NCBI GenBank assembly: GCA_964462555.1
Contig: CAYWXY010000004.1
Coordinates: 1 to 45,194 of the forward strand
Direction of reading: 5' to 3'
Origin: an uncultured Pseudomonadota bacterium
GTDB lineage: Bacteria > UBA10199 > GCA-002796325 > CAYWXY01
Length of the DNA stretch: 45,194 nt
A model generated the notes under the pieces. That model saw nothing but the letters and a program-made list of their open reading frames with translations. It made no database searches and was not told the origin of the DNA. This document shows positions 35,974 to 43,365 of this stretch, piece after piece (positions within the stretch are counted from its first letter, which is position 1; every line of letters starts with the position of its first letter). The translations under genes were made by a program, and so were the position numbers.

Positions 35974-36085
35974 TGGTGTCGTTTGTCGGTATGGGTTTCG
36001 ACGCCCGTATCGTCTGTCGGTAGGGGTTACGTAACCGACACCATTCGACGATACGAGCTTCGTAACCGAAGCCGTATATCCGATT
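35974..36085. repeat. Family-A structured intergenic repeat, copy 3
   Basis: cccgtatcgtc...gacgatacgagcttcgtaaccgaagccgtat. Complementary pairs: 36006-36014/36047-36055, 36025-36031/36061-36067, 35994-36000/36067-36073. Confidence 0.6.
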
Positions 36086-36132
36086 CTTGATGAACACTTG
36101 CCTCCTCTGGTAACTTCTAGTACAGATTCTCC

Positions 36133-38154
36133 ATGCTCTACGTCAATGTGGCGATCGACGTGCCACTTCATAAGACATTTACATATACCGTTCCCGAAGA
36201 GATGTCCGACCGCATCGCGCCTGGAATGCGCGTCGTCGTCCCCTTTCGAAAACGGGAAAGAATGGGTTACGTTATTGAAATTGATGTGACGCCACCCAAT
36301 ATCGCTAACCTTAAGGAGGTTAGCGACCTTCCCGATGAAGAACCTATTTTGTCGGAAAGACTCCTGTCGCTCCTTCAATGGATGGCCGGATACTATGCCG
36401 CGCCGATTGGCGAGGTCTGTGCCGCGGCTGTTCCCAACATTTTGAATCGCGCGGATGAGATCGGGAAGAAGCGCCAGACGCCAAAGGAGATAACGAATCT
36501 CGAATCATTCCAGAAGGAACGAACCGAAAGCCTGACCGAATCTCAAGAAACTATCTGGAAATCGTGGGAGACGATTCTCAAAAAAGAGACATTTGACGTC
36601 GCCCTTCTCCATGGCATTACTGGCAGCGGGAAAACCGAGCTCTATCTCAAACTGATGGAGAAGGTTGTATCCGATGGAAAAACGGCGATCCTCCTGGTTC
36701 CTGAAATTTCGCTCACGCCGCAACTCGCCGGGCGCGTCATGGGCCATTTTCCTGAGCGCGTGGCCATCTATCACAGTGGCATTACCGATGTGCAACGCCT
36801 TCATCAATGGGAGGCGATTCAAAGAGGCGATATTGATATTGTGGTCGGCACACGGTCGGCAATGTTTGCACCGCTCAAAAATCTCGGCGCTATCATTATA
36901 GATGAAGAACATGACCATTCATACAAGCAAGAAGAGTCCCCGCGGTATCATGCTAGAGACAGCGCGATCATGCGCGCAAAGCTTGAGGGGGCCTTTGTCG
37001 TTCTTGGCTCGGCAACGCCTTCTATTGAATCACTCGCCAACGCTAAGAGTGACAAGTACCACTATTATCACCTACAAGAACGTTATGGCGACGCCGTTCT
37101 TCCGGACGTTCGCGTGATCGATATGCGAAAGGAACCGCGTTCGGAACTCCTAAACCCACATCTGTCGATTGAGCTGATTTCGGCGATTGACAAACGTCTG
37201 AAGAAGAACCAACAGACACTCCTCTTTCTGAATCGTAGGGGCTACGCCAACTTCTTCCTCTGTCAAGATTGTGGCCATACGCCTGAGTGCCCAAATTGTA
37301 AGATCACGCTGACGTACCATAAAAAGGGACGACAACTTACCTGCCACTATTGCGACTATTCGATCCCCGGATTTGATTCCTGTCCAAAATGTCATGGCAT
37401 CGATATCCTTTTGATTGGCAGCGGCACTGAACTGATCGAGGAGGCCATTGGGAAGCGATTTCCATCGGCGCATATTGCACGACTAGATCGGGATACCGTC
37501 ACGTCGGAAAAGAAGCGCCGCGAATTACTTTCCGATATGCATCGTGGAAAAATCGACATCCTGATCGGAACACAAATGATCACAAAGGGACATGACTTCC
37601 CAAACGTTACACTGGTTGGGATCATTTCAGCTGACCAGTCGATTCACTTTCCTGATTTTCGTTCATCGGAGCGGACGTTCCAATTGATCACACAGGTCTC
37701 TGGGCGTGCTGGACGCGCCAAGGATCCAGGCGAAGTCATTATTCAGACATATGATCCGGAACATATATCCATTGCGACGGCATCTAAGAATGAACTTGAT
37801 CGCTACATCGAGTCAGAACTCAATGTTCGAAAAGAGCTTTCGTATCCCCCCTTTTCACGCATTGCCAATATTCGGATCGTTGGTAATCGTCCAGCGGACG
37901 TCAAAAATACATCCGAACAATTGATGAAGGGGCTTAATCAATTGGCGGGTGGCAATCATGGTGTCCGCCTTCTTGGGCCGGCGCCCGCGCCTATTGCGAT
38001 GATGCGAGGGAAGACACGTTGGCAGATTTTAATCAAATCTCCCTCGGCCGGCGAACTCGCTCGCATTCTTAACCAACTGATGAACCATCTCGAAGAAAAT
38101 CCTATCCGTGGCATCCAGGTCTCCATCGACGTTGATCCCGTTTCAGTAATGTAA
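36133..38154 (+). CDS. priA: Primosomal protein N' (replication restart helicase)
   Basis: N-terminal 3'-DNA-binding domain (VAIDVPL...FTY), Walker A GITGSGKTE, DEEH box IIIDEEHD, Cys-rich Zn insert (CQDCGH..ECPNC...LTCHYC....CPKC). Confidence 0.9.
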   Translation: MLYVNVAIDVPLHKTFTYTVPEEMSDRIAPGMRVVVPFRKRERMGYVIEIDVTPPNIANLKEVSDLPDEEPILSERLLSLLQWMAGYYAAPIGEVCAAAVPNILNRADEIGKKRQTPKEITNLESFQKERTESLTESQETIWKSWETILKKETFDVALLHGITGSGKTELYLKLMEKVVSDGKTAILLVPEISLTPQLAGRVMGHFPERVAIYHSGITDVQRLHQWEAIQRGDIDIVVGTRSAMFAPLKNLGAIIIDEEHDHSYKQEESPRYHARDSAIMRAKLEGAFVVLGSATPSIESLANAKSDKYHYYHLQERYGDAVLPDVRVIDMRKEPRSELLNPHLSIELISAIDKRLKKNQQTLLFLNRRGYANFFLCQDCGHTPECPNCKITLTYHKKGRQLTCHYCDYSIPGFDSCPKCHGIDILLIGSGTELIEEAIGKRFPSAHIARLDRDTVTSEKKRRELLSDMHRGKIDILIGTQMITKGHDFPNVTLVGIISADQSIHFPDFRSSERTFQLITQVSGRAGRAKDPGEVIIQTYDPEHISIATASKNELDRYIESELNVRKELSYPPFSRIANIRIVGNRPADVKNTSEQLMKGLNQLAGGNHGVRLLGPAPAPIAMMRGKTRWQILIKSPSAGELARILNQLMNHLEENPIRGIQVSIDVDPVSVM

Positions 38155-38170
38155 CTCTACCATCGCAACA

Positions 38171-38275
38171 CTGTTCAAATGTTCAAAAACTAGTTTGCAA
38201 AAAATATAAAACCATTTCTCTGTTCAAAATGTTCAAAAAATAATTGAGCTGATTTATTTTTGAACATCTTGAACG
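38171..38275 (+). promoter_or_regulatory. Three copies of a 19-21-nt motif GTTCAA(N1-2)ATGTTCAAAAA (two direct, one inverted); possible operator or hairpin
   Basis: ctgttcaaatgttcaaaaac (38171-38190), ctgttcaaaatgttcaaaaaa (38220-38240), and inverted tttttgaacatcttgaacg (38257-38275). Copies 2 and 3 can form a stem of about 20 bp. A weak promoter candidate TTCAAA-N17-TATAAA (38182-38210) overlaps copy 1. Confidence 0.4.
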
Positions 38276-38332
38276 TTTTCTCTCGTCTCACAAATAGATT
38301 CCACAACTTTCGTCCACTCATCTCCGAAAAAT

Positions 38333-38364
38333 AAGTGTGCCTAATTTTTGAGGCACACTTTTTT
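38333..38364 (+). terminator. Intrinsic terminator-like hairpin in the leader of the RyR-like gene
   Basis: 10-bp stem aagtgtgcct/aggcacactt, 8-nt loop, then TTTTTT. Ends 29 nt before the ATG at 38393, with the SD AGGAGAG in between. Confidence 0.6.
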
Positions 38365-38392
38365 ACAATCAATCCAACAGAGGAGAGAAAAG

Positions 38393-39385
38393 ATGAGTGG
38401 TAAAACAGGTAAACCAATACGTGTTAAAACAATAATCGCAAGACCGGTAGAGATTACCAAAGGGGCAACCATCAGTCTTGGTCAGATGGTTCGCAAGGCA
38501 GGCGAGATTAAACTTCCGATTTCTTTTGTTCGCACCTTGTCACCGACGGGCGTCACAACACAACAATCCGCATCTCGATTTTCCGTTAGCGTTACGACCT
38601 GGCAAACAATGAGTGTCGGAAAAACAATATCTGGCCAGCAACCCATTGAGTGGGCAGGACGCACGGCTGAAGGTTCTAGCCTCTTACAGAGAATGATTCG
38701 TGATTCAAAGGGTGAAGGAACTCAGGCACTCTTTGCTGGAAGAAATGCAAATCCAGGTCGTCCCACTGGTCAGAAATCAAAAACAAGTGGTGGAATCCTT
38801 GCTGCCGGCGGCAAAGATAGCGGTTCTCCACTTAGTGCAAATGAAACAGCTCTCATCTCAGTTGTCGAAACTGGACGTACGAGCTACGCGACAGAACTCC
38901 ACAACGAGTGGCGAAATGGCCGACAGATTACTTCCGGTCAGGCGGTCGATGGCCTCCCCGCACGTGAGCCGCGATGGAAAGAGGTTCCGGCCGATGATCC
39001 CAGTCTTGCGACGGCAGGCGCTTTCAAAAAGACCGAAGATGGAAAACACTATGTAGACATTGCCAACCTCGACTTCGGACACCTCCCTGTAAAATTTCAG
39101 TATGAAAATGGTGAGGCCGCAAAGGGTGCGATGGATATCATTGAACGTGCCATTGTCGAACAGGCCGGTGCAGAGGTTATCGTCATCAACCTTGAGACCG
39201 CCAGTGCTGAGGTACACGAACAATGGTTAGAGCGCAACGGCAGCTGGGCACCCGCCGAACAGAACAAACCATACGGCGAGCTATCCGAAGGTGAAAAGCA
39301 GAAGGATCGCGATATCGTCGTTGGCGCTGTGAAGCACCTTAATGAGGCAATGAAAGATAGCGCTGTTCAGTTCGTCATTAAATAG
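38393..39385 (+). CDS. Hypothetical protein with RyR-like (ryanodine-receptor repeat) C-terminal region
   Basis: 330 aa. The C-terminal half carries LHNEWRNGR...EPRWKEV...YVDIANLDFGHLPVKFQYENGEAAKGA and VHEQWLERNGSWAP..QNKPYGELSEGEKQKDRDIV, resembling the bacterial RyR domain pattern (H..W.......PY..L.E.EK..DR). The N-terminal half is Gly/Ser/Thr-rich and looks disordered. Confidence 0.6.
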   Translation: MSGKTGKPIRVKTIIARPVEITKGATISLGQMVRKAGEIKLPISFVRTLSPTGVTTQQSASRFSVSVTTWQTMSVGKTISGQQPIEWAGRTAEGSSLLQRMIRDSKGEGTQALFAGRNANPGRPTGQKSKTSGGILAAGGKDSGSPLSANETALISVVETGRTSYATELHNEWRNGRQITSGQAVDGLPAREPRWKEVPADDPSLATAGAFKKTEDGKHYVDIANLDFGHLPVKFQYENGEAAKGAMDIIERAIVEQAGAEVIVINLETASAEVHEQWLERNGSWAPAEQNKPYGELSEGEKQKDRDIVVGAVKHLNEAMKDSAVQFVIK

Positions 39386-39406
39386 AACTTAGACCAATTG
39401 TTAGAA

Positions 39407-39441
39407 ATAAAAAAGGGGTGCCATGTCGGCACCCCTTTTTA
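39407..39441. terminator. Bidirectional intrinsic terminator
   Basis: A-run, ggggtgcc-atgtc-ggcacccc, T-run, between convergent genes. Nearly identical stem to the terminator at 40551-40586. Confidence 0.8.
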
Positions 39442-39481
39442 TATCTATTCTTATCCTACGTACTATTCGGAACACGACTGA

Positions 39482-40252
39482 TTAATTAACCTGCATCCTT
39501 GCGCAGTCTTCGCGATTTTCCAGATCTTCGCACATCTCAATCTCTCTATCGGTTTTTGCCTTTTCGAAGCAGGCATCAATACTGTCACAAGGTAATCTTT
39601 CTATATCAACCAGACCCCTCAGGTAAAGATCAACAACGATCGATCGATATGACTCAACGCTTCTTCCTAGATCCCTCACTCCTTCTTCTTTAGTTTCAGC
39701 TTTGTGCTTTTCGGCATCTTCTTCAGTTTCCGAAATCTCTTCTTCAAGGGCTTCTTTTTCTTTTGATATTTCTTGTTGAATGAGCCCCACCTTGTTTCGA
39801 ACATTCTCGCGATAATTGGCAATTTTCCGCTGAATGGCTTCAGCCTTCTCACGCACATCATTTCGATAGTCTGCACGATTTTTTACCTCATAAATATCAG
39901 TCCCCTTCTCTACTTCTTTCTCATCCATCCCATATTGATAAAGACTGGCGCCAACTCCAGAAAACGTAATTTTTCGAGCATTTCTCATGATCCCACGCTT
40001 TTGCATCTCCTCCATCATCGTTTCTTGCATTTTCTCTCGATCTTTCTGTCTCTTTTTTGTGTTTTCAATTTTTTGCCTTTCCATCATCCTTTGATATTCT
40101 TCCATCAATTCATTGGCCTTTCTCTCAGCTCTCTCATGAGTTTCTATTGAAGCTTCTGAAGCCCCTATCTCTGCGGCAGCTGATTTGATATGAATTGAAA
40201 AACTGGATAGAACGATTCCAAGAATGAGCCCACAAACAGTAAACTTCTTCAT
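39482..40252 (-). CDS. Secreted K/E-rich coiled-coil protein with one C-terminal Cys-rich module
   Basis: Signal peptide MKKFTVCGLILGIVLSSFSIHIKSAAA, long charged helical region, C-terminal LPCDSIDACFEKAKTDREIEMCEDLENREDC. GGGGAGG SD. Sigma-54 promoter upstream. Confidence 0.7.
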   Translation of the reverse strand: MKKFTVCGLILGIVLSSFSIHIKSAAAEIGASEASIETHERAERKANELMEEYQRMMERQKIENTKKRQKDREKMQETMMEEMQKRGIMRNARKITFSGVGASLYQYGMDEKEVEKGTDIYEVKNRADYRNDVREKAEAIQRKIANYRENVRNKVGLIQQEISKEKEALEEEISETEEDAEKHKAETKEEGVRDLGRSVESYRSIVVDLYLRGLVDIERLPCDSIDACFEKAKTDREIEMCEDLENREDCARMQVN

Positions 40253-40302
40253 TCAGACCTCCCCTGGTCTTCCCCTTCGATACCCTTGAGACTCCAGGAA
40301 GA

Positions 40303-40318
40303 AGCAATATTTGTGCCA
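40303..40318 (-). promoter_or_regulatory. Sigma-54 promoter TGGCACaaataTTGCT (minus strand)
   Basis: The reverse complement of agcaatatttgtgcca is an exact match to TGGCAC-N5-TTGCW. Lies 50 nt upstream of the ATG at 40252. Confidence 0.7.
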
Positions 40319-40550
40319 ATCAATCGCATAAAAAAACACCCTGATTTCAATATGTTACTAAGTGTGTCGTCGTTTTAATGGGACAATTCTGGTCGAATTG
40401 AGGGGTCAGTTCACCCCAATGGCGGATCTTGGCAATCTATATACCATCCAAAGTGGCCATCTTTTCGCGAAACAGACTAACGACTTGTGATTAGAAGTTT
40501 CTCACCTAGTGAACAGCCTACCAGATAAGCTTTTACCAGGCACCATATGT

Positions 40551-40586
40551 AAAAGAAAGGGGTGCCGATCTGGCACCCCTTTTAAA
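40551..40586 (-). terminator. Intrinsic terminator of the 40609-41469 gene
   Basis: ggggtgcc-gatct-ggcacccc. On the minus strand it is followed by TTTCTTTT. The stem is identical to the 39415-39435 terminator. Confidence 0.75.
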
Positions 40587-40608
40587 TCATTCGATTTGAT
40601 TTTCTCTA

Positions 40609-41469
40609 TTATTCAGAACAGGTCAGATCGACCATTCCACATTTCCTAAGCCTTAGATCGTTGTCACCGGCCTTATCAACACAAATATCGTAGCAATCAC
40701 AGGGGACATCTTCTGGATCTAGAAAACCGTGAAAGAGATCTTTCACATCTGCCAAACACTCAATTTCTTTTTTCTTCTTCTCAATCCGATCGGCAATCGT
40801 GGAAATTCCATTTCCGGATCCTATCAAACCTGGGCGATCAACGAAATCTGAGAACTGAATACCGCTAAAGCTCGCCCCTAGCACTTCAGCCCTATCGTCA
40901 TCATCGGAATCGTCAACAAAACGAGAACCGTCCTCGCTTGGGTTTCCGTAAAATTTATCATTGAGGCTACCGTATTTCGTCTTCGTTTTTGTATTTTCTG
41001 CATCGCTGCTCCGCATACACTCATCCTTAAATTCATTACAGAGTTCGTCTTCGTGGCGTGTTTCAGCTACATCGAAACAGGTATCGAGGCAACCACAGGG
41101 AACCTCGTCCGCATCAAAATCGTCATAAAAATAATCTTCTATAATTACTGAGCAGGCGCGTTTGAATGATTTAATCTTAAGCTTCAACAGTGGCGTTTTG
41201 TCTGCCGCATCCTTCATCAAATTATCTACTAGTATCTTCTTTTGTTTCTTGGCAGATTTCCTTTTGGCCTTCGCTTTCTGTTTTTCTCTCGCCTCTTCCT
41301 GTTTTTCAGCAGCTGCTCGGCTCACGACATTCGTTACCGTCGATGCCACACTCACATCAGATATCGTCTTCATCAGCTCCTCTAACCAATCAGAATCATC
41401 GGCGCGAACTGAAACGCTGGTCATTAACAGGGCTACTGCAACACTAAATACCACCAAGATCTTCTTCAT
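40609..41469 (-). CDS. Secreted charged protein with two copies of the Cys-rich module
   Basis: Signal peptide MKKILVVFSVAVALLMTSVSVRA, a K-rich helix, then VPCGCLDTCFDVAETRHEDELCNEFKDEC and VPCDCYDICVDKAGDNDLRLRKCGMVDLTC. GGGAGG SD. Sigma-54 promoter upstream. Confidence 0.7.
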   Translation of the reverse strand: MKKILVVFSVAVALLMTSVSVRADDSDWLEELMKTISDVSVASTVTNVVSRAAAEKQEEAREKQKAKAKRKSAKKQKKILVDNLMKDAADKTPLLKLKIKSFKRACSVIIEDYFYDDFDADEVPCGCLDTCFDVAETRHEDELCNEFKDECMRSSDAENTKTKTKYGSLNDKFYGNPSEDGSRFVDDSDDDDRAEVLGASFSGIQFSDFVDRPGLIGSGNGISTIADRIEKKKKEIECLADVKDLFHGFLDPEDVPCDCYDICVDKAGDNDLRLRKCGMVDLTCSE

Positions 41470-41529
41470 TTTTACCTCCCACAGAGTTATATCTCTTCTT
41501 CGAGATCGTTTTCGTATGGAGCGTTACTA

Positions 41530-41545
41530 AGCAATAACCGTGCCA
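41530..41545 (-). promoter_or_regulatory. Sigma-54 promoter TGGCACggttaTTGCT (minus strand)
   Basis: The reverse complement of agcaataaccgtgcca matches the extended consensus TGGCACG-N4-TTGCW exactly. Lies 60 nt upstream of the ATG at 41469. Confidence 0.75.
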
Positions 41546-41686
41546 AGAAATAGGCATAAATCTGTGTAATATTTCCGGTGGTTTACAAAATGACCCATGG
41601 GGCAGCCTGGGGACTATACTGGTCAAATCACGGGGTTACCTCCCCATCTATTGACCTCGCGCCGGCCAAATGCTATACGAGGAAAC

Positions 41687-42223
41687 ATGACACTTCTTAA
41701 GATCTTTAAATATCCGGCGCCGGTCCTGAAGAAAATTTCGGTACCAGTGACCGAAGTTACTGAAGATATTACGAAATTGCTCGAGGATATGGCTGAGACA
41801 ATGTATGCCGAGCCTGGCGTCGGCCTCGCTGCCCCTCAGGTTGGCCAGAGTATCCGTGCACTCGTGGTTGATGTGGGGATCGAGCAGGAGGATGGATCGT
41901 TTGAGAGCAATCTTTACTCACTGATCAATCCTGAAATTGTCAGCCGTGAAGGCGAAATCGAATGGGAAGAGGGTTGTCTCTCCATCCCGGAATTCACGAT
42001 TAAGATGACACGTGCCGCCAAGATTCATATTAAGGCGTTGGACAAATTCGGAAAACCGATGGAGTTCGATGCCGAGGGTCTTTTCGCGGTTGCCCTCCAG
42101 CATGAGATCGATCATCTGGATGGTAAGCTGCTGGTCGACAATATTAGCCCTCTCAAACGTGAAATGTATGTTAAGGAACAGGAAAAGAAGAAACTTACAG
42201 ATAAGGAACCGACGTACCTATAA
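41687..42223 (+). CDS. def: Peptide deformylase
   Basis: The three PDF motifs are present: GVGLAAPQVG, EGCLSIP, HEIDHLDG. I chose the ATG at 41687 (MTLLKIFKYP) with AGGAAAC upstream. Confidence 0.9.
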   Translation: MTLLKIFKYPAPVLKKISVPVTEVTEDITKLLEDMAETMYAEPGVGLAAPQVGQSIRALVVDVGIEQEDGSFESNLYSLINPEIVSREGEIEWEEGCLSIPEFTIKMTRAAKIHIKALDKFGKPMEFDAEGLFAVALQHEIDHLDGKLLVDNISPLKREMYVKEQEKKKLTDKEPTYL

Positions 42224-42372
42224 TCAAGCCGGCAAACTTCGTCCAGTGGACGAAGGCAAACGGTGCGATAGTATAATGATCCGCTAAAAACAAATGATGC
42301 ATCACTTGTGGCATAAACAACATTAACTTAGAAAGGAATTCCGCCGGGCTATGCTTTTCGGCGGCACCTTAT

Positions 42373-43362
42373 ATGCAAATCGTTTTTATGGGCTCCGCGC
42401 CCTTTGCGGTTCCCTCACTCATCAAACTGGTTGAATCGAAACACGATATTGTAACGGTCATCACACAGCCGGACAAACCGGCTGGCCGCGGTCGCAAGAT
42501 TACACCATGCGCTGTTGCCAATAAGGCTGCCGAACTAGATCTCCAACTCTATCAGCCCAAATCGGTCAAGAGCAGTAAGGTCATTGGCAAGATTCGCGAC
42601 ATGAACGCCGATATTTTTATCGTTGTGGCTTATGGAAAAATTCTCCCTCTGGAATTGATCGACATTCCACCGCTCGGCTGCGTCAATATTCACGCGTCAC
42701 TACTACCTAAATACCGAGGGGCGGCTCCAATCAATTGGGCCATTGTTAACGGCGAGAACGTCAGTGGAGTCACGACGATGCATATTACCGAGGAGCTGGA
42801 CGCCGGTGATATTTTGCTGACGCACGAAGTACCTATCAAAGAATATTACACCTCCCTTGTTCTTCATGATATTTTGGCGGAATCGGGCGCCGATCTTCTC
42901 GTCGAGACTATTGAAGGTCTTAAGGCAAAAACGATAACGCCTAAACCTCAGGATCATTCGAAGGCCACGTTCGCCCCGCTCATCGAGAAAGACGATGGCC
43001 GAATCGATTGGTCGAAGAGCGCCGAAGAGATTCACAATTTGATTCGGGGGATGCAGCCGTGGCCAAGTGCCTTTACGACACTTGACGGAGAAAACCTTCG
43101 GATTTATGAATCGGTTGTGATTGAAGGTTCCCCCTCACCCCAACCCTCTCCCCATCCGCCAGAGGCGGATCAGTCTTTGGCTGAACAGGGAGAGGGAGAA
43201 ACACTTCCCGGAACTATTGTTGAAGCCAGTGAACGGCTAATCATTGCGGCGGGTCAAAACCGGATCGAGATCCGAGAACTTCAACTTCAGGGAAAACGAC
43301 GGATGACAATTCGTGATTTTTTGAATGGTCACCCGATCAAACAGGGAAACCGATTGGAGTAG
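42373..43362 (+). CDS. fmt: Methionyl-tRNA formyltransferase (carries an in-frame repeat-derived insertion)
   Basis: MQIVFMGSAPFAVPSL, QPD.P.GRG, NIHASLLP.YRGAAPI.WAI..G. Standard two-domain Fmt with about 21-23 extra residues (GSPSPQPSPHPPEADQSLAEQGEGE) in the C-terminal domain. Confidence 0.9.
   Translation: MQIVFMGSAPFAVPSLIKLVESKHDIVTVITQPDKPAGRGRKITPCAVANKAAELDLQLYQPKSVKSSKVIGKIRDMNADIFIVVAYGKILPLELIDIPPLGCVNIHASLLPKYRGAAPINWAIVNGENVSGVTTMHITEELDAGDILLTHEVPIKEYYTSLVLHDILAESGADLLVETIEGLKAKTITPKPQDHSKATFAPLIEKDDGRIDWSKSAEEIHNLIRGMQPWPSAFTTLDGENLRIYESVVIEGSPSPQPSPHPPEADQSLAEQGEGETLPGTIVEASERLIIAAGQNRIEIRELQLQGKRRMTIRDFLNGHPIKQGNRLE
43130..43198. repeat. Palindromic G/C-rich element embedded in frame in fmt
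   Basis: ccctctccc (43144-43152) pairs with gggagaggg (43188-43196). Inner hairpin atccgcc-aga-ggcggat (43154-43170). Shares ctcacccc..aaccctc.ccccatcc with the intergenic element at 24703-24742. Confidence 0.6.
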
Positions 43363-43365
43363 ACG

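Noticed and set aside
38190-38417. 75-aa minus-strand ORF in the priA/RyR-gene spacer.
   Set aside because: It consists of translated repeat motifs (GTTCAA units) and the terminator hairpin, has no SD, and overlaps the start of the plus-strand gene.
40320-40555. Possible small RNA or small ORF in the 235-nt ORF-free region upstream of the 40303-40318 sigma-54 promoter.
   Set aside because: I could find no promoter-terminator pair and no convincing structure or coding signal. The region is more simply explained as the enhancer (UAS) region required by sigma-54 promoters, although I could not identify the binding sites.
41651-41679. TTGACC-N17-TATACG as the def promoter.
   Set aside because: The hexamer spacing is good, but the -10 would end only 7 nt before the def ATG. 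That would put the apparent SD (AGGAAAC) outside the transcript. The two readings conflict, so I did not call it as a feature.
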